DNA of 61,947 nt, filler included. It is 5 parts of 5 records of this genome, joined end to end, with 100 filler letters (N's around TTAATTAATTAA, not from the genome) between each part and the next. Parts side by side here need not be neighbours in the genome. Positions count along the whole stretch, not along the records: positions 6,483 to 18,475 come from SRR2962707_1766; positions 18,576 to 30,342 come from SRR2962707_1767; 3 more parts are not named here. One strand, given 5' to 3'. Shown one piece after another: positions 10,217 to 19,452 of this stretch. The notes beneath the pieces were generated by a model. It was not told the origin of the DNA, ran no database searches, and saw only the letters and a program-made list of their open reading frames with translations. Position 1 is the first letter of the stretch. Each line of letters opens with the position of its first letter. The position numbers and the translations under genes were made by a program.

Positions 10217-11239
10217 TCATAATGACTTCAAATGCTTATCCAAAAATTGATAAACAGCTTTTCTGGCTGCTATAGCCTCGGGTATTCCGGGATAGTATTG
10301 ATAGGCGTGCCATCCTCCTTCTCCCACTAAGAGTTCAGTATTGATCCCACCTTCTTTTAACTTCCAAAAGGTTCGCACGGAAATGCTCAGAAAAAGATCC
10401 CTTGTTCCGGTAGATAAAATAGTGGGTGGAAAATTTCCTTTGTAATCTGCAAATACCGGTGATACCAACGGATCATTTACGTTTACATCCTCCGGTAAAT
10501 ATAAATTCTTAAAAAGTTTATCAGCGCTGTTTTTTAAAGCAATAACATCCCGGCCATCATTAAAATAATAGGAGTCATTTCCTGCAAAGTTAAGATCCAA
10601 TGCAGGAGTGAACAATACATTCGCATCAGGCATCCTGAGATTTTCAGATTGTGCTTTGAGCAACATAGATTGTAAGATTTGCCCACCGGCAGATATGGAC
10701 GAACTTACTATCTTTTTGTCCGGAAATTGTCGGGTTAATGCTTTATAAACCTCAAGAGATTCATTGATAGCCACTGGGTACTTTACTTCGGGCGACAATG
10801 AGTAATCGACCGAAAAAATAGGATAACCATATTCATTTGCCATCAACATGGCAGCTCTTTCGTAAGGCGTACCCATCATAAATCCTCCACCGTGTAGGTG
10901 GAAACCTATGGTGTTTTCGTTGCCGGGTTGAATGTGTTTGGGTTGGATGATAGCAACTTTTACATTGGCTATGGAAGTGTCTTTTGTTGTAAACTCAAAG
11001 CGTTTGTGCATATCTTCCAACATCCAGTTTTCATAAGCATGCCACTGTTCTCTGGCCATCAATTTTTGCTTGTCGTTGAGGTTGATGAGCGGAAATCGGT
11101 AATACTTGAATGACTTAATTGAATCCTGCGCTTGCTGACTCATGTGAGCCATTTGTTTGGGATCAGAGATTTTGACTTGATAAGCACAGCCAGATAACAA
11201 AAGCATCACCATCGATGATAATACAATTAATTTTTTCAT
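10217..11239 (-). CDS. Alpha/beta hydrolase (HSL/family IV esterase-like) lipoprotein
   Basis: HGGGF oxyanion motif, VDYSLSPE..YP, SISAGG nucleophile elbow, GTRD, GGWH; lipobox LLSGC; start at MKKLIV (11239). Confidence 0.88.
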   Translation of the reverse strand: MKKLIVLSSMVMLLLSGCAYQVKISDPKQMAHMSQQAQDSIKSFKYYRFPLINLNDKQKLMAREQWHAYENWMLEDMHKRFEFTTKDTSIANVKVAIIQPKHIQPGNENTIGFHLHGGGFMMGTPYERAAMLMANEYGYPIFSVDYSLSPEVKYPVAINESLEVYKALTRQFPDKKIVSSSISAGGQILQSMLLKAQSENLRMPDANVLFTPALDLNFAGNDSYYFNDGRDVIALKNSADKLFKNLYLPEDVNVNDPLVSPVFADYKGNFPPTILSTGTRDLFLSISVRTFWKLKEGGINTELLVGEGGWHAYQYYPGIPEAIAARKAVYQFLDKHLKSL

Positions 11240-11263
11240 TGTGGTTCTTTGTTTAATGAACAG

Positions 11264-11330
11264 CAAAGTTACAATAGGATGGAGGCTGGCTGTTTTCTTG
11301 AAAAGTCCTTATTTGTTTGTTGAAACGTTC
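11264..11330 (-). promoter_or_regulatory. Bacteroidota promoter with tandem direct-repeat (AraC-type) site
   Basis: TAACTTTG -7 box (11271-11264); repeats TTTCTTGAAAAGTCC (11294-11308) and TTTGTTGAAACGTTC (11316-11330), 22-nt period. Confidence 0.55.
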
Positions 11331-11372
11331 AGATAAGGGTTAGGGAGATTATAATTGACGAATTGTCGCTAT

Positions 11373-12182
11373 TTAATTGCACACCTCACTTGGCGGGAAA
11401 CCATAGTGCTTTTTGAAGGCAAATGAGAAATGCGAAAGATTTTCAAAACCAACTTCCAGATAGACATCGGTTGGTCGTTTTTTCTTTTGGGCCATGAGAT
11501 AATGTGCCATCTCCAAACGTTTCCTTTGTACCCATTTTTCCGGAGGTGAATCAAAAATCTTTGAAAAGTCCCTTTTAAAAGTAGAAAGGCTCCGCCCCGT
11601 TAGTTTGGCGAAAGTGCCTACAGGTACATTGTATTGATAATTCAGGTTCATAAAATTTTCCAAATCTACTTTATAAGGCTCCTTGAAGTCAAACAAAAAG
11701 TTTTTGAAAGAAGAATCGATTTGCAACAAAAGCTCAATAGCTTCCCTAGTTTTAAGCTCGCATATTTGGATTGAGAGCTTCTCGGGATGGCTTTCATAAG
11801 GGATGAGTGAATCAAAAAAACCTTTGATGACAGGATTTCCTGTAAGCTGGATGACTGCTTTTCCCCGATAGGGTTGTTGCTCCTCCATGGCATTTTCAGC
11901 AGCATATCGCCGAAGTGTTTGCTGGTCAAAAAACACACCTATCATTTTAAAGGGTTCTCCGGTAGCCGATGGCTTTTTGTATTTTTTGACCAATTGGTTC
12001 CTGCGCATCAAACCTATAGTGTCTGGCTTCACTATATAAGAACCTTCATTGGTAAAATATTCCGCTTCCCCTGACAATGTAATTCCCAGACTATGTTCTG
12101 GTAAAAATTGCTCAGAACTCTGCTCTTTTTGATAAGAACAGGAGTATAAAATGTTATGTTGTATTATTTGATGACTTTCCAT
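11373..12182 (-). CDS. AraC family transcriptional regulator (ExsA-like)
   Basis: FAKLTGRSLSTFKRDF, VYLEVGFENLSHFSFAFKKHYG. Confidence 0.93.
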   Translation of the reverse strand: MESHQIIQHNILYSCSYQKEQSSEQFLPEHSLGITLSGEAEYFTNEGSYIVKPDTIGLMRRNQLVKKYKKPSATGEPFKMIGVFFDQQTLRRYAAENAMEEQQPYRGKAVIQLTGNPVIKGFFDSLIPYESHPEKLSIQICELKTREAIELLLQIDSSFKNFLFDFKEPYKVDLENFMNLNYQYNVPVGTFAKLTGRSLSTFKRDFSKIFDSPPEKWVQRKRLEMAHYLMAQKKKRPTDVYLEVGFENLSHFSFAFKKHYGFPPSEVCN

Positions 12183-12188
12183 AAGTGT

Positions 12189-13004
12189 TTATTTTGCCTG
12201 CCCCATTATTAATTTATCCATCATATTGTCAGACACAATCCTTTTTAAAGTTAACAAAAATTTCGCGTCCCACTTTCCACTCACATATCTTGCCTTGGGA
12301 CTTGTAGATTCTATGGCTTTAAGAATAAGCTGGGCAATGTTTTCAGGAGCGGAAACATTTTTGGCTACTTTTTCGAAAGTATTATACACTTTGCCAGCCA
12401 GATCTTTGTAATGAGTATCGCCCGAAACCTTCATCAGGCTGTCAAAAGCAATGTTGGCCCATTCCGATTTTGTCGCTCCCGGTTCTACCACAATGACATC
12501 TATTCCAAAAGGCTTAACTTCCATCCGCATACAGTCACTAAGGGCTTCCAGGGCAAATTTGCTCGCGTGGTACCATCCACCCATGGGCAATGCTACTTTC
12601 CCTCCAACAGAGGAGATATTAATTATTTTACCTTGGCCATGTTCTCGCATTTTGGGCAGCACCAATTGAGTTAATCGCATAGCCCCCATGACATTTACTT
12701 CCAATTGATAGCGGGCATCGTCCATACTTACATCTTCAATAGCACCGTAAGAACCAAAGCCGGCATTGTTTACCAACACATCTATACGCCCAGCTTCATT
12801 AAAAATTTGATCGACCGCAGTAATCATACTTTCATTCTTAGTAAGATTCAGAGCAAGAGGTTTGATGCCCAATTCTTTCAAATCATTCATTCTATCTAAC
12901 CTGCGGGCGACACCGTAAACATTGTATCCTTTTTCTGCCAAGAGAATGGCGGTTGCTTTGCCAATACCTGCAGAAGCTCCTGTTATTAATGCTACTTTAT
13001 TCAT
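12189..13004 (-). CDS. SDR family oxidoreductase
   Basis: TGASAGIG, NNAG, YHASK. Confidence 0.93.
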   Translation of the reverse strand: MNKVALITGASAGIGKATAILLAEKGYNVYGVARRLDRMNDLKELGIKPLALNLTKNESMITAVDQIFNEAGRIDVLVNNAGFGSYGAIEDVSMDDARYQLEVNVMGAMRLTQLVLPKMREHGQGKIINISSVGGKVALPMGGWYHASKFALEALSDCMRMEVKPFGIDVIVVEPGATKSEWANIAFDSLMKVSGDTHYKDLAGKVYNTFEKVAKNVSAPENIAQLILKAIESTSPKARYVSGKWDAKFLLTLKRIVSDNMMDKLIMGQAK

Positions 13005-13020
13005 TGGCCTGGTTTTTTTA

Positions 13021-13088
13021 CAAAGTTAGATGGCAGGCTTTTTAATCGTTTTGCTCAGGAGCTCAAATTTATTTGTTCAGCAGCTCAA
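13021..13088 (-). promoter_or_regulatory. Bacteroidota promoter with tandem direct-repeat (AraC-type) site
   Basis: TAACTTTG -7 box (13028-13021); repeats TTGCTCAGGAGCTCAA (13051-13066) and TTGTTCAGCAGCTCAA (13073-13088), 22-nt period. Confidence 0.6.
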
Positions 13089-13163
13089 TATTAATGTATT
13101 CGTCAGTAGCGCTTAAAATGAAAGATAATCTTTATATCAGCCTCGTATTTTATGCCATGGTCA

Positions 13164-14084
13164 TTATTTTAAAATAAATTTAGTCTCCAGTAAAAGTTGT
13201 TCACTATCTCGCCAAAGCTCCTGCATCAATGTGTCATTTTGTGCCAGTTTAGAAGGTAGTGGGAAAGTTATTTTACCAGCCCTTAATGCCACATAAATAT
13301 TTGCTGCCGGCACCTCCACTTTTCCCAATGCCAAGTGGGCTAAAGTGATACCGGCATCTTGAATGCTGTTTGATTTTGGAAGCATGCGTTTGCGCAAAAT
13401 GGGTATGGTAAAAACCTGCCATGCCAACCGCATAAATAATGTCCCTTTTTGAAGTAAACCTGTACCGGGAGTTGCTCCGGGATCGTAAGCGATGCATTGC
13501 CAATTGTTTTGCTTTGCCTCAGCTGTGGAAACAAGGTGTCGTATTGTGAGAATGGTGCATAATTTTGATGACGAATAGGCACGTTGTGCGTTGATGGTCA
13601 TTTTTTCATCCAAAGTTTTATCCTTTTCAGGATATGCCAACCAAATCGCATTGGCGTGTTTGGGAGGCGCTACCATCGCATTTTCAGAAGGATCATGAGT
13701 GCCACTTGTAGTCATTATGATTCTAGCATTGGTATCCAAATAGGGCATCAATAATCTTAATAAGTAAAAATGAGCTAAATGATTCACCGCAAAAGTCATT
13801 TCAAAACCATCAACTGTTCTTGAATTAATATCAGGATGGTTCAAACCCGCATTGCAAATAAGTACCTGAATTTTTTTAGGTTTGATTTTTTTTGTGATTT
13901 CTGAAACGAATGAACGGACATTCTCCAAACTATTTAAATTCAGCGGAATGTGTTCTGCACCTTGGATTTCCTTGTTCCTATTTCCTAAAAACACCCTTGT
14001 ATGCGGGTTGTTTATTAACTCTTTTGCAGTGATCCCCCCAAAACCAGAGGTGCCACCTGTCATAACAATGTTTAATTTTCCCAT
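13164..14084 (-). CDS. SDR family oxidoreductase (protochlorophyllide reductase/retinol dehydrogenase-like)
   Basis: TGGTSGFG, CNAG, FAVNHLAHF, SGTHDP, YSSSK. Confidence 0.9.
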   Translation of the reverse strand: MGKLNIVMTGGTSGFGGITAKELINNPHTRVFLGNRNKEIQGAEHIPLNLNSLENVRSFVSEITKKIKPKKIQVLICNAGLNHPDINSRTVDGFEMTFAVNHLAHFYLLRLLMPYLDTNARIIMTTSGTHDPSENAMVAPPKHANAIWLAYPEKDKTLDEKMTINAQRAYSSSKLCTILTIRHLVSTAEAKQNNWQCIAYDPGATPGTGLLQKGTLFMRLAWQVFTIPILRKRMLPKSNSIQDAGITLAHLALGKVEVPAANIYVALRAGKITFPLPSKLAQNDTLMQELWRDSEQLLLETKFILK

Positions 14085-14153
14085 ATCACTTTTTATTTAG
14101 GGTAAAGAAAGCAACAGGTTTTTTATCAAAATTGTACAGGAACGACTTCCTTA

Positions 14154-14960
14154 TTAGTCATTTAATTTTGAAATGTACCTGTAAAAAGGGGCTTTCTCAA
14201 AAAAACTCTTGGGACTGTAAGCTGTAAACCGCTTAAATTCTCTTATAAAATGTGCCTGATCATAATAGCCTGCCTGATAGCCAACTTCGGTAAGGCTTAT
14301 TGGTTGTTTCTCCATTAACAAGGACTTTACATTTTCGAAATGGCAGATTCTATTGAATGTTTGAATATTGACACCCATAAGTGCTTTAAACCTTCTTTCT
14401 ATTTGGCGTTGGCTTAACGGTATTTCCTTTATTATGGATTCTAGCGAATTGCAGGTGTCCTTTGTTTTAATAATATCCGCTATCCTAAAGATGCGTTTGT
14501 CAATTTCATTTGGTTTGATGAATAGTTTCATCAAAAACGCTTCTGCTATTTCAATTTGAGTAGTAACATGTGCTGTTTCCATGAGTTTGTTTTGCGTTTT
14601 TCGAAAAGAATTTCCCCAAACTGAAGAAGCCGATAGTGCTTCATTGCCAAGATGTTCCATAGGAATATCCGTAAAGCGACTCAAACCGTAGGGAGAAAAT
14701 TTTACTATAAGTCCCCGTGCGGTTGCCATTTCTTTCCAGTTTAAGATTTTGGAACCGTCGGATATACCTAAAAGCACCCCCGTTTCTATGGTTTGCTTGT
14801 TAGCGGAGAAAGGAATAGAAGATATCAACAGAGTGGCCCCGGGTCTCGACAAAAAGACCTTAGTATTTATTTTGGTCGTATGAAGGGCTAATATCACATA
14901 ACTTTCAATGTAAGGTCTTAATTCCTGGCGGGTTGGGAAAATTTCAGTATAGTTTATCAT
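14154..14960 (-). CDS. AraC family transcriptional regulator
   Basis: N-terminal P..ELRPYIESY, C-terminal RQIERRFK...GYYDQAHFIREFKRFT; start moved to MINYTE (14960) to remove overlap with the upstream gene. Confidence 0.88.
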   Translation of the reverse strand: MINYTEIFPTRQELRPYIESYVILALHTTKINTKVFLSRPGATLLISSIPFSANKQTIETGVLLGISDGSKILNWKEMATARGLIVKFSPYGLSRFTDIPMEHLGNEALSASSVWGNSFRKTQNKLMETAHVTTQIEIAEAFLMKLFIKPNEIDKRIFRIADIIKTKDTCNSLESIIKEIPLSQRQIERRFKALMGVNIQTFNRICHFENVKSLLMEKQPISLTEVGYQAGYYDQAHFIREFKRFTAYSPKSFFEKAPFYRYISKLND

Positions 14961-14961
14961 A

Positions 14962-15879
14962 TCAATTAAACCTCGCCCTAAATGCCATCGGGCTTTGGTT
15001 TGTTTTTTGCTTAAATAATTTACTGAAGGATTGCGGATATTCAAAACCAAGTTCATAGGCAATTTCACTGATCGAAAGTTCGTTGGTCGATAATTTTTCT
15101 TTGGCTTTTTCAATTATCTTGTTCTGTATGTGTTGTTGCGTGCTTTGGCCGCTAATTATTTTCAACATACTGCTTAAATAATTAGGCGAAAGGTTTAAAT
15201 CGTTTGCTACTTGTGTAACCGTTGGAACTCCATTAATTAGAATATCACTACTATTAAAATAACTATCTAATTTTTCTTCGAGCTTTACAAGGATTTGATG
15301 ATTGTTGATTTTCCGAGTAATAAATTGTCTTTCATAATAACGTTCAGCATAATTTAACAATAACTCTACTTGGGTAATAATTATATTTTCACTGAATTTA
15401 TCAATATTTGCCTGGTATTCTCTTTGTATATTTTTTAAAATATCTATAATAATATTTTCTTCTTTTTCTGACAAAAAAAGAGCTTCATTCACAGCATAAC
15501 CAAAGAAATCGTAATTTTTAATAATTTTGGCTAATGGGGTATTCCACAAAAAATCTGGGTGAATAAGTAGTAACCACCCAGACGACTTTACTTCTATATT
15601 TTGGTTTATTTGAATGTTTAGAATTTGCTGTGGTGCCACAAACGACAATACACCTTCATTAAAATCATACGGTTGCTGACCATAATTAAATTTCTCACTT
15701 ACATTTCGTTTTAATCCAATAGAATAAAAATCTTGTACCCACTTAATTTCATCTGAATCTGTAGGGTAATTAACCTTACTATAATCTACTAAACTAATTA
15801 ATGGATGTTCTGGTTTTGGTAAATCACTATACCTATGAAATTCACTAAGGGATTTAAATTGATGCATTTTTTTATTCAA
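14962..15879 (-). CDS. AraC family transcriptional regulator
   Basis: PEHPLISLV, YGQQPYDF, EALFLS, LNLSPNYLS, IAYELGFEYPQSFSKLFK. Confidence 0.93.
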   Translation of the reverse strand: MNKKMHQFKSLSEFHRYSDLPKPEHPLISLVDYSKVNYPTDSDEIKWVQDFYSIGLKRNVSEKFNYGQQPYDFNEGVLSFVAPQQILNIQINQNIEVKSSGWLLLIHPDFLWNTPLAKIIKNYDFFGYAVNEALFLSEKEENIIIDILKNIQREYQANIDKFSENIIITQVELLLNYAERYYERQFITRKINNHQILVKLEEKLDSYFNSSDILINGVPTVTQVANDLNLSPNYLSSMLKIISGQSTQQHIQNKIIEKAKEKLSTNELSISEIAYELGFEYPQSFSKLFKQKTNQSPMAFRARFN

Positions 15880-15891
15880 TAAATTTAAGCA

Positions 15892-16671
15892 TTAATTTTC
15901 TTTGTACAGTATCATTCCTGCGTGATACAAAATTCCATTTTTGAATTCTCCATCAGCCGTAAATCCAGTATCATCTTTATAATCAATATGATTTCCAGTA
16001 ACTTTATAGTCGCCTTGGTAAGCACTTTTCTTATTTCCTCTTGCTTCGTCATAGCGATTGTTAGGCAATAATTCGTGACGAATATTCCCGTCTTGCGTTA
16101 CCCACATACCAATGTATGCTTTGGATTCTTCAATGGTTTCAATAACATTGTTTGACATATCTTTTAATTTAGAGAGTTCGTAGGTGTCTAAAAAAGCGGT
16201 AACTTTTACAATAGAGTCGTTTTTGAAAATAAGCATCCAAGCATAATGATTTTCGTATGTTTCATCTGTTATCGTGGTTGCCGTTCCTTTCCAATTTAGC
16301 CAAACCACATCATCTTCTGCTGTAATTGCTATTAATGCTGGTTTTATATTGGTTTTTAATTTAGATGTAATTGGAATCACTGCTTTTTGAATGAAATCAT
16401 TTTTGCCTTTATAAACTCCAGAATAGGGTGATTTCCCAGTCACCGTCCATTCTACATCATGAGCCAACAAATCAAAAAAACTAGCTTCATTATTGACCCA
16501 CTTATCAAATTTTTCTTTGATAAGTTCCTTGTTCCCTTCGGTTTGTAATACATCTGTATTATTTATTTTTTTATTGTTTTCAACACATGAAATATTAACT
16601 GTAAATAAAAAATATATTGGTAAAAGGCCGAGAAATTTCTTTCCCCGACCTTTGTAGTTCTTAATTTTCAT
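15892..16671 (-). CDS. SnoaL/NTF2-like + Atu4866-domain fusion, probable lipoprotein
   Basis: FFDLLAHDVEWTVTG..SGVYKG...YENHYAW...AFLDT (NTF2-like), then YIGMWVTQDGNIRHELLPNNRYDEARG...DDTGFTADGEF (Atu4866); N-terminal hydrophobic stretch ending ISC. Confidence 0.82.
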   Translation of the reverse strand: MKIKNYKGRGKKFLGLLPIYFLFTVNISCVENNKKINNTDVLQTEGNKELIKEKFDKWVNNEASFFDLLAHDVEWTVTGKSPYSGVYKGKNDFIQKAVIPITSKLKTNIKPALIAITAEDDVVWLNWKGTATTITDETYENHYAWMLIFKNDSIVKVTAFLDTYELSKLKDMSNNVIETIEESKAYIGMWVTQDGNIRHELLPNNRYDEARGNKKSAYQGDYKVTGNHIDYKDDTGFTADGEFKNGILYHAGMILYKEN

Positions 16672-17569
16672 AATTACCTATTCTAAGCAAGTTCTCATAC
16701 CCCATCAACTTAAAAGCTCTCTTCGTTAAAGCTTCCCTAACACCATTACTTGGTTCTGCAATCCAATCAGAATAATCGATTGTATCTCTTAAAGGCCTTT
16801 TACCTCTTGGTAATGACAAAATTTCAACAATTTTATCTGCAACCCCCTGAATAGGTGCGTAATCAGTTCTAAAAAGGTTATTCAATCCGGTCTCATAATT
16901 ATCATAGTCTTTTTGAAGCCTACTATAATCTTCCAGAACATTTTCGTCTTTTGGAAATTCAGCAGTTTCAAAATGAGATGTACCTTCCAGGAATATACCT
17001 GGCATAAGAATAGTTGTCTCAATACCGAACTGACTAATTTCATAAGCTGTATTTTCTGCTAAAGCGTCCAAACCTGCCTTTCCTATAACATATGGGGTCA
17101 TGAACGGTGCGGTAATATTGGTTATTCCGCTTCCAACATACAAAATCATTCCACACTCCTTTTTTCTCATGTGAGGCAAAACGGCTCTATTTAATCTATG
17201 TGCCCCAATTATATTGGTATTTACTGTACTCATTAGCTGTTTTGGCGTGAACGCTTCTGAATAACCAATAAAGAGATGAGCTGCATTATGAATGACAATA
17301 TCTATACTACCATCTTTATCAATAATCTTTTCAGCAGCTTTATTACAGGAATCTTCTAGATGAATATCCAAATCTACAATTTTTACCATTTTTCCATTAT
17401 TTTCAACATAATCAAGAAGAATTTTTGATTTGTGCGCGTTGCGACCTTTTGGGTCTCTAATACCTGCGTATACCTTGTACCCTGCTAAAGTAAGGGTCTT
17501 TGCCGTTTGAAGGCCCATTCCTGATCCTGCCCCAGTAATAAGGACAGTTTGTTCTTTATTTTTAATCAT
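16661..17569 (-). CDS. SDR family oxidoreductase
   Basis: TGAGSGMG, HNAAH, YVIGK. Confidence 0.9.
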   Translation of the reverse strand: MIKNKEQTVLITGAGSGMGLQTAKTLTLAGYKVYAGIRDPKGRNAHKSKILLDYVENNGKMVKIVDLDIHLEDSCNKAAEKIIDKDGSIDIVIHNAAHLFIGYSEAFTPKQLMSTVNTNIIGAHRLNRAVLPHMRKKECGMILYVGSGITNITAPFMTPYVIGKAGLDALAENTAYEISQFGIETTILMPGIFLEGTSHFETAEFPKDENVLEDYSRLQKDYDNYETGLNNLFRTDYAPIQGVADKIVEILSLPRGKRPLRDTIDYSDWIAEPSNGVREALTKRAFKLMGYENLLRIGNYEN

Positions 17570-17628
17570 TATAACTGAAATTTTTTATTAAAGTAGACTC
17601 TTACCTTTTATAATAGCTAATTATTAAA

Positions 17629-18474
17629 CTAATCTTTAAATCCTGTTGACATACCCAAAGTCTTGTTCTCTTTCATAGCCTTCTGAATAGTCTCTATTTT
17701 TAGATTAGCATAGTGATAAGCATCTTCTCCCATAAAAAAGTGTATAGGCGGTTGTTCTTGTTTGCTTAAATTAATAAAAACATCAGCTGCTTTTTCAGGA
17801 TCGTTGGGTTGATTGCCATCGATATCTTTTAAGTGTGCCTTTTCCATTTCTCTAGCAGATTGATACTCTGAAATTGGATTTTTAGGTGTTTGTACAGAAC
17901 CTTCGGATAAAAAATTGGTTCTAAAATATCCAGGATATACTAGTGTTGTATGCACACCAAATGCTTTCATTTCTTCAGCTAATGCTTCGGTAAAACCAGC
18001 AACCGCAAATTTTGTGGAACAGTAAATACCAAAACCAGCAAAATTACCTGTATAGCCACCAATGGATGCGATATTGAAAATATGTCCAGAGTTTTGTTTT
18101 CGTAGATACGGTGTGGCATTTCTAATAACGTTTAATGAACCGAATACATTTACTATAAAATTCTTTTCTACCTCTTCTTCTGAAAGTTCTTCTAATGTTC
18201 CAATCTGGCTGTAGCCAGCATTATTGACTAAAATATCTAACTTGCCAAAATGGTTAATTGTAATTTCAATAGCTTTTTTAACATCTTGGTTTTTGGTTAA
18301 ATCCATTTCAATGGGTAAGAATTTATCATTTTCTTCTCCAACTGCAGTAATTAAGGATTGTTTATTTCTTGAAGTTGCGGCAACATTAAATCCTTCTGCT
18401 AATAATTTTTTAGCTAATGTTAATCCCAGACCTTTTGATGCGCCTGTAATAAACCATACTTTTTTTGTGTTCAT
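17629..18474 (-). CDS. SDR family oxidoreductase
   Basis: WFITGASKGLG, NNAG, YCSTK, QPNDPEKAA. Confidence 0.93.
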   Translation of the reverse strand: MNTKKVWFITGASKGLGLTLAKKLLAEGFNVAATSRNKQSLITAVGEENDKFLPIEMDLTKNQDVKKAIEITINHFGKLDILVNNAGYSQIGTLEELSEEEVEKNFIVNVFGSLNVIRNATPYLRKQNSGHIFNIASIGGYTGNFAGFGIYCSTKFAVAGFTEALAEEMKAFGVHTTLVYPGYFRTNFLSEGSVQTPKNPISEYQSAREMEKAHLKDIDGNQPNDPEKAADVFINLSKQEQPPIHFFMGEDAYHYANLKIETIQKAMKENKTLGMSTGFKD

Positions 18475-18475
18475 C

Positions 18476-18575
18476 NNNNNNNNNNNNNNNNNNNNNNNNN
18501 NNNNNNNNNNNNNNNNNNNTTAATTAATTAANNNNNNNNNNNNNNNNNNNNNNNNNNNNNNNNNNNNNNNNNNNN
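18476..18575. other. Artificial contig-joining linker
   Basis: 44 N + TTAATTAATTAA + 44 N. Confidence 0.98.
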
Positions 18576-18576
18576 A

Positions 18577-18603
18577 CGTCATTCCGGCCTTGAGCCGGAA
18601 TCT
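18577..18603 (+). repeat. CGTC-tagged REP-like palindrome at the contig edge
   Basis: CGTC + ATTCCGGC-CTTGA-GCCGGAAT + CT; perfect 8-bp stem. Confidence 0.65.
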
Positions 18604-18621
18604 ATGAAACCTCTGACACCT

Positions 18622-18654
18622 ATTCGTCCTACGACTTCAAGTCGTGGTACGAAT
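18622..18654. terminator. Hairpin just past the MOSC stop (terminator or second REP-type unit)
   Basis: ATTCGTccTACGACTT-C-AAGTCGTGgtACGAAT; no clear U-tract. Confidence 0.45.
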
Positions 18655-18656
18655 CT

Positions 18657-19448
18657 TTAAGATGATAACAATACTTCATCCCCAACCTTAATCCTCCCTG
18701 ACTCCAGCGCCAGCGCATTCACCCCAAAAATCACTTCTTTTCCCTCTCTTCGATAGGTGGCTAAGGTCTTTAATGGCTCGGCTCCTTTTTTTCCTGTTTC
18801 CTGATCGACCGTGGTGAAGACACATCGCTTGCAAGGGTGAGTGACATGGAATTTTAGCTCGCCGATTAGAATGTCCTTCCAGTGATCTTCCTCGTATGGT
18901 TTGCTCCCTTCCACCACAATGTTGGGACGAAAGCGATGCATCGGTAAATCCACTTCCATTCTTGAACTCAAATCATCAAGTGAGGCCTGGCCGATAATCA
19001 GGTAAGGATACGCATCAGCAAAGCTGACATGTTCATTATTAATGGCTCGCTTAGGATTCACCGGACGTGATCTATCTTCGGGCATAAAGACCAACTTGCA
19101 TGGTTCACCGGCAATTTCGGAAAACCAGTTGCTAAGATTTTGTGGTGCTTCGAGTGCATTCACTGTGTCTTCCCAGATGGTTACCTGAATATTCTTACCT
19201 GAATCCAACATCAATGGTATCATTAGGTCAGGCATGTCGGAATGTGACGCTAGAATGAACCCATCGGTGAGCATTATGTGGATCTGAGAAAGATGTGGAT
19301 GTGTTCGTTGCGTGACGTGACCATTGGCTTTATTCACCAACATCCATCGTCGATCATATCGGAATCCTTTTTCCATCACTTCCACCTCTTGCAGAGAGAT
19401 TCCCTGCAGGGATTTAATGGGGTAGATATAGAGGCCCGAGACTTTCAC
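18657..19448 (-). CDS. MOSC domain-containing protein (YcbX/mARC-like)
   Basis: LYIYPIKS, DRRWML, FADAYP, RFRPNIVV, EEDHW, CKRC, LKTLATYR, FGVN. Confidence 0.93.
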   Translation of the reverse strand: MKVSGLYIYPIKSLQGISLQEVEVMEKGFRYDRRWMLVNKANGHVTQRTHPHLSQIHIMLTDGFILASHSDMPDLMIPLMLDSGKNIQVTIWEDTVNALEAPQNLSNWFSEIAGEPCKLVFMPEDRSRPVNPKRAINNEHVSFADAYPYLIIGQASLDDLSSRMEVDLPMHRFRPNIVVEGSKPYEEDHWKDILIGELKFHVTHPCKRCVFTTVDQETGKKGAEPLKTLATYRREGKEVIFGVNALALESGRIKVGDEVLLSS

Positions 19449-19452
19449 ATCG

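Larger units (their letters stand above)
6483..18475. mobile_element. Fragment of a Bacteroidota integrative conjugative element (CTnDOT-like excision/regulatory end plus cargo)
   Basis: HTH excisionase-like gene plus rteC followed by co-oriented accessory regulator/oxidoreductase genes and pseudogene scars; no integrase or tra genes inside the window. Confidence 0.7.

Noticed and set aside
14961-15113. Long overlap between the two AraC genes
   Set aside because: The real start is most likely MINYTE at 14960, directly after the upstream stop
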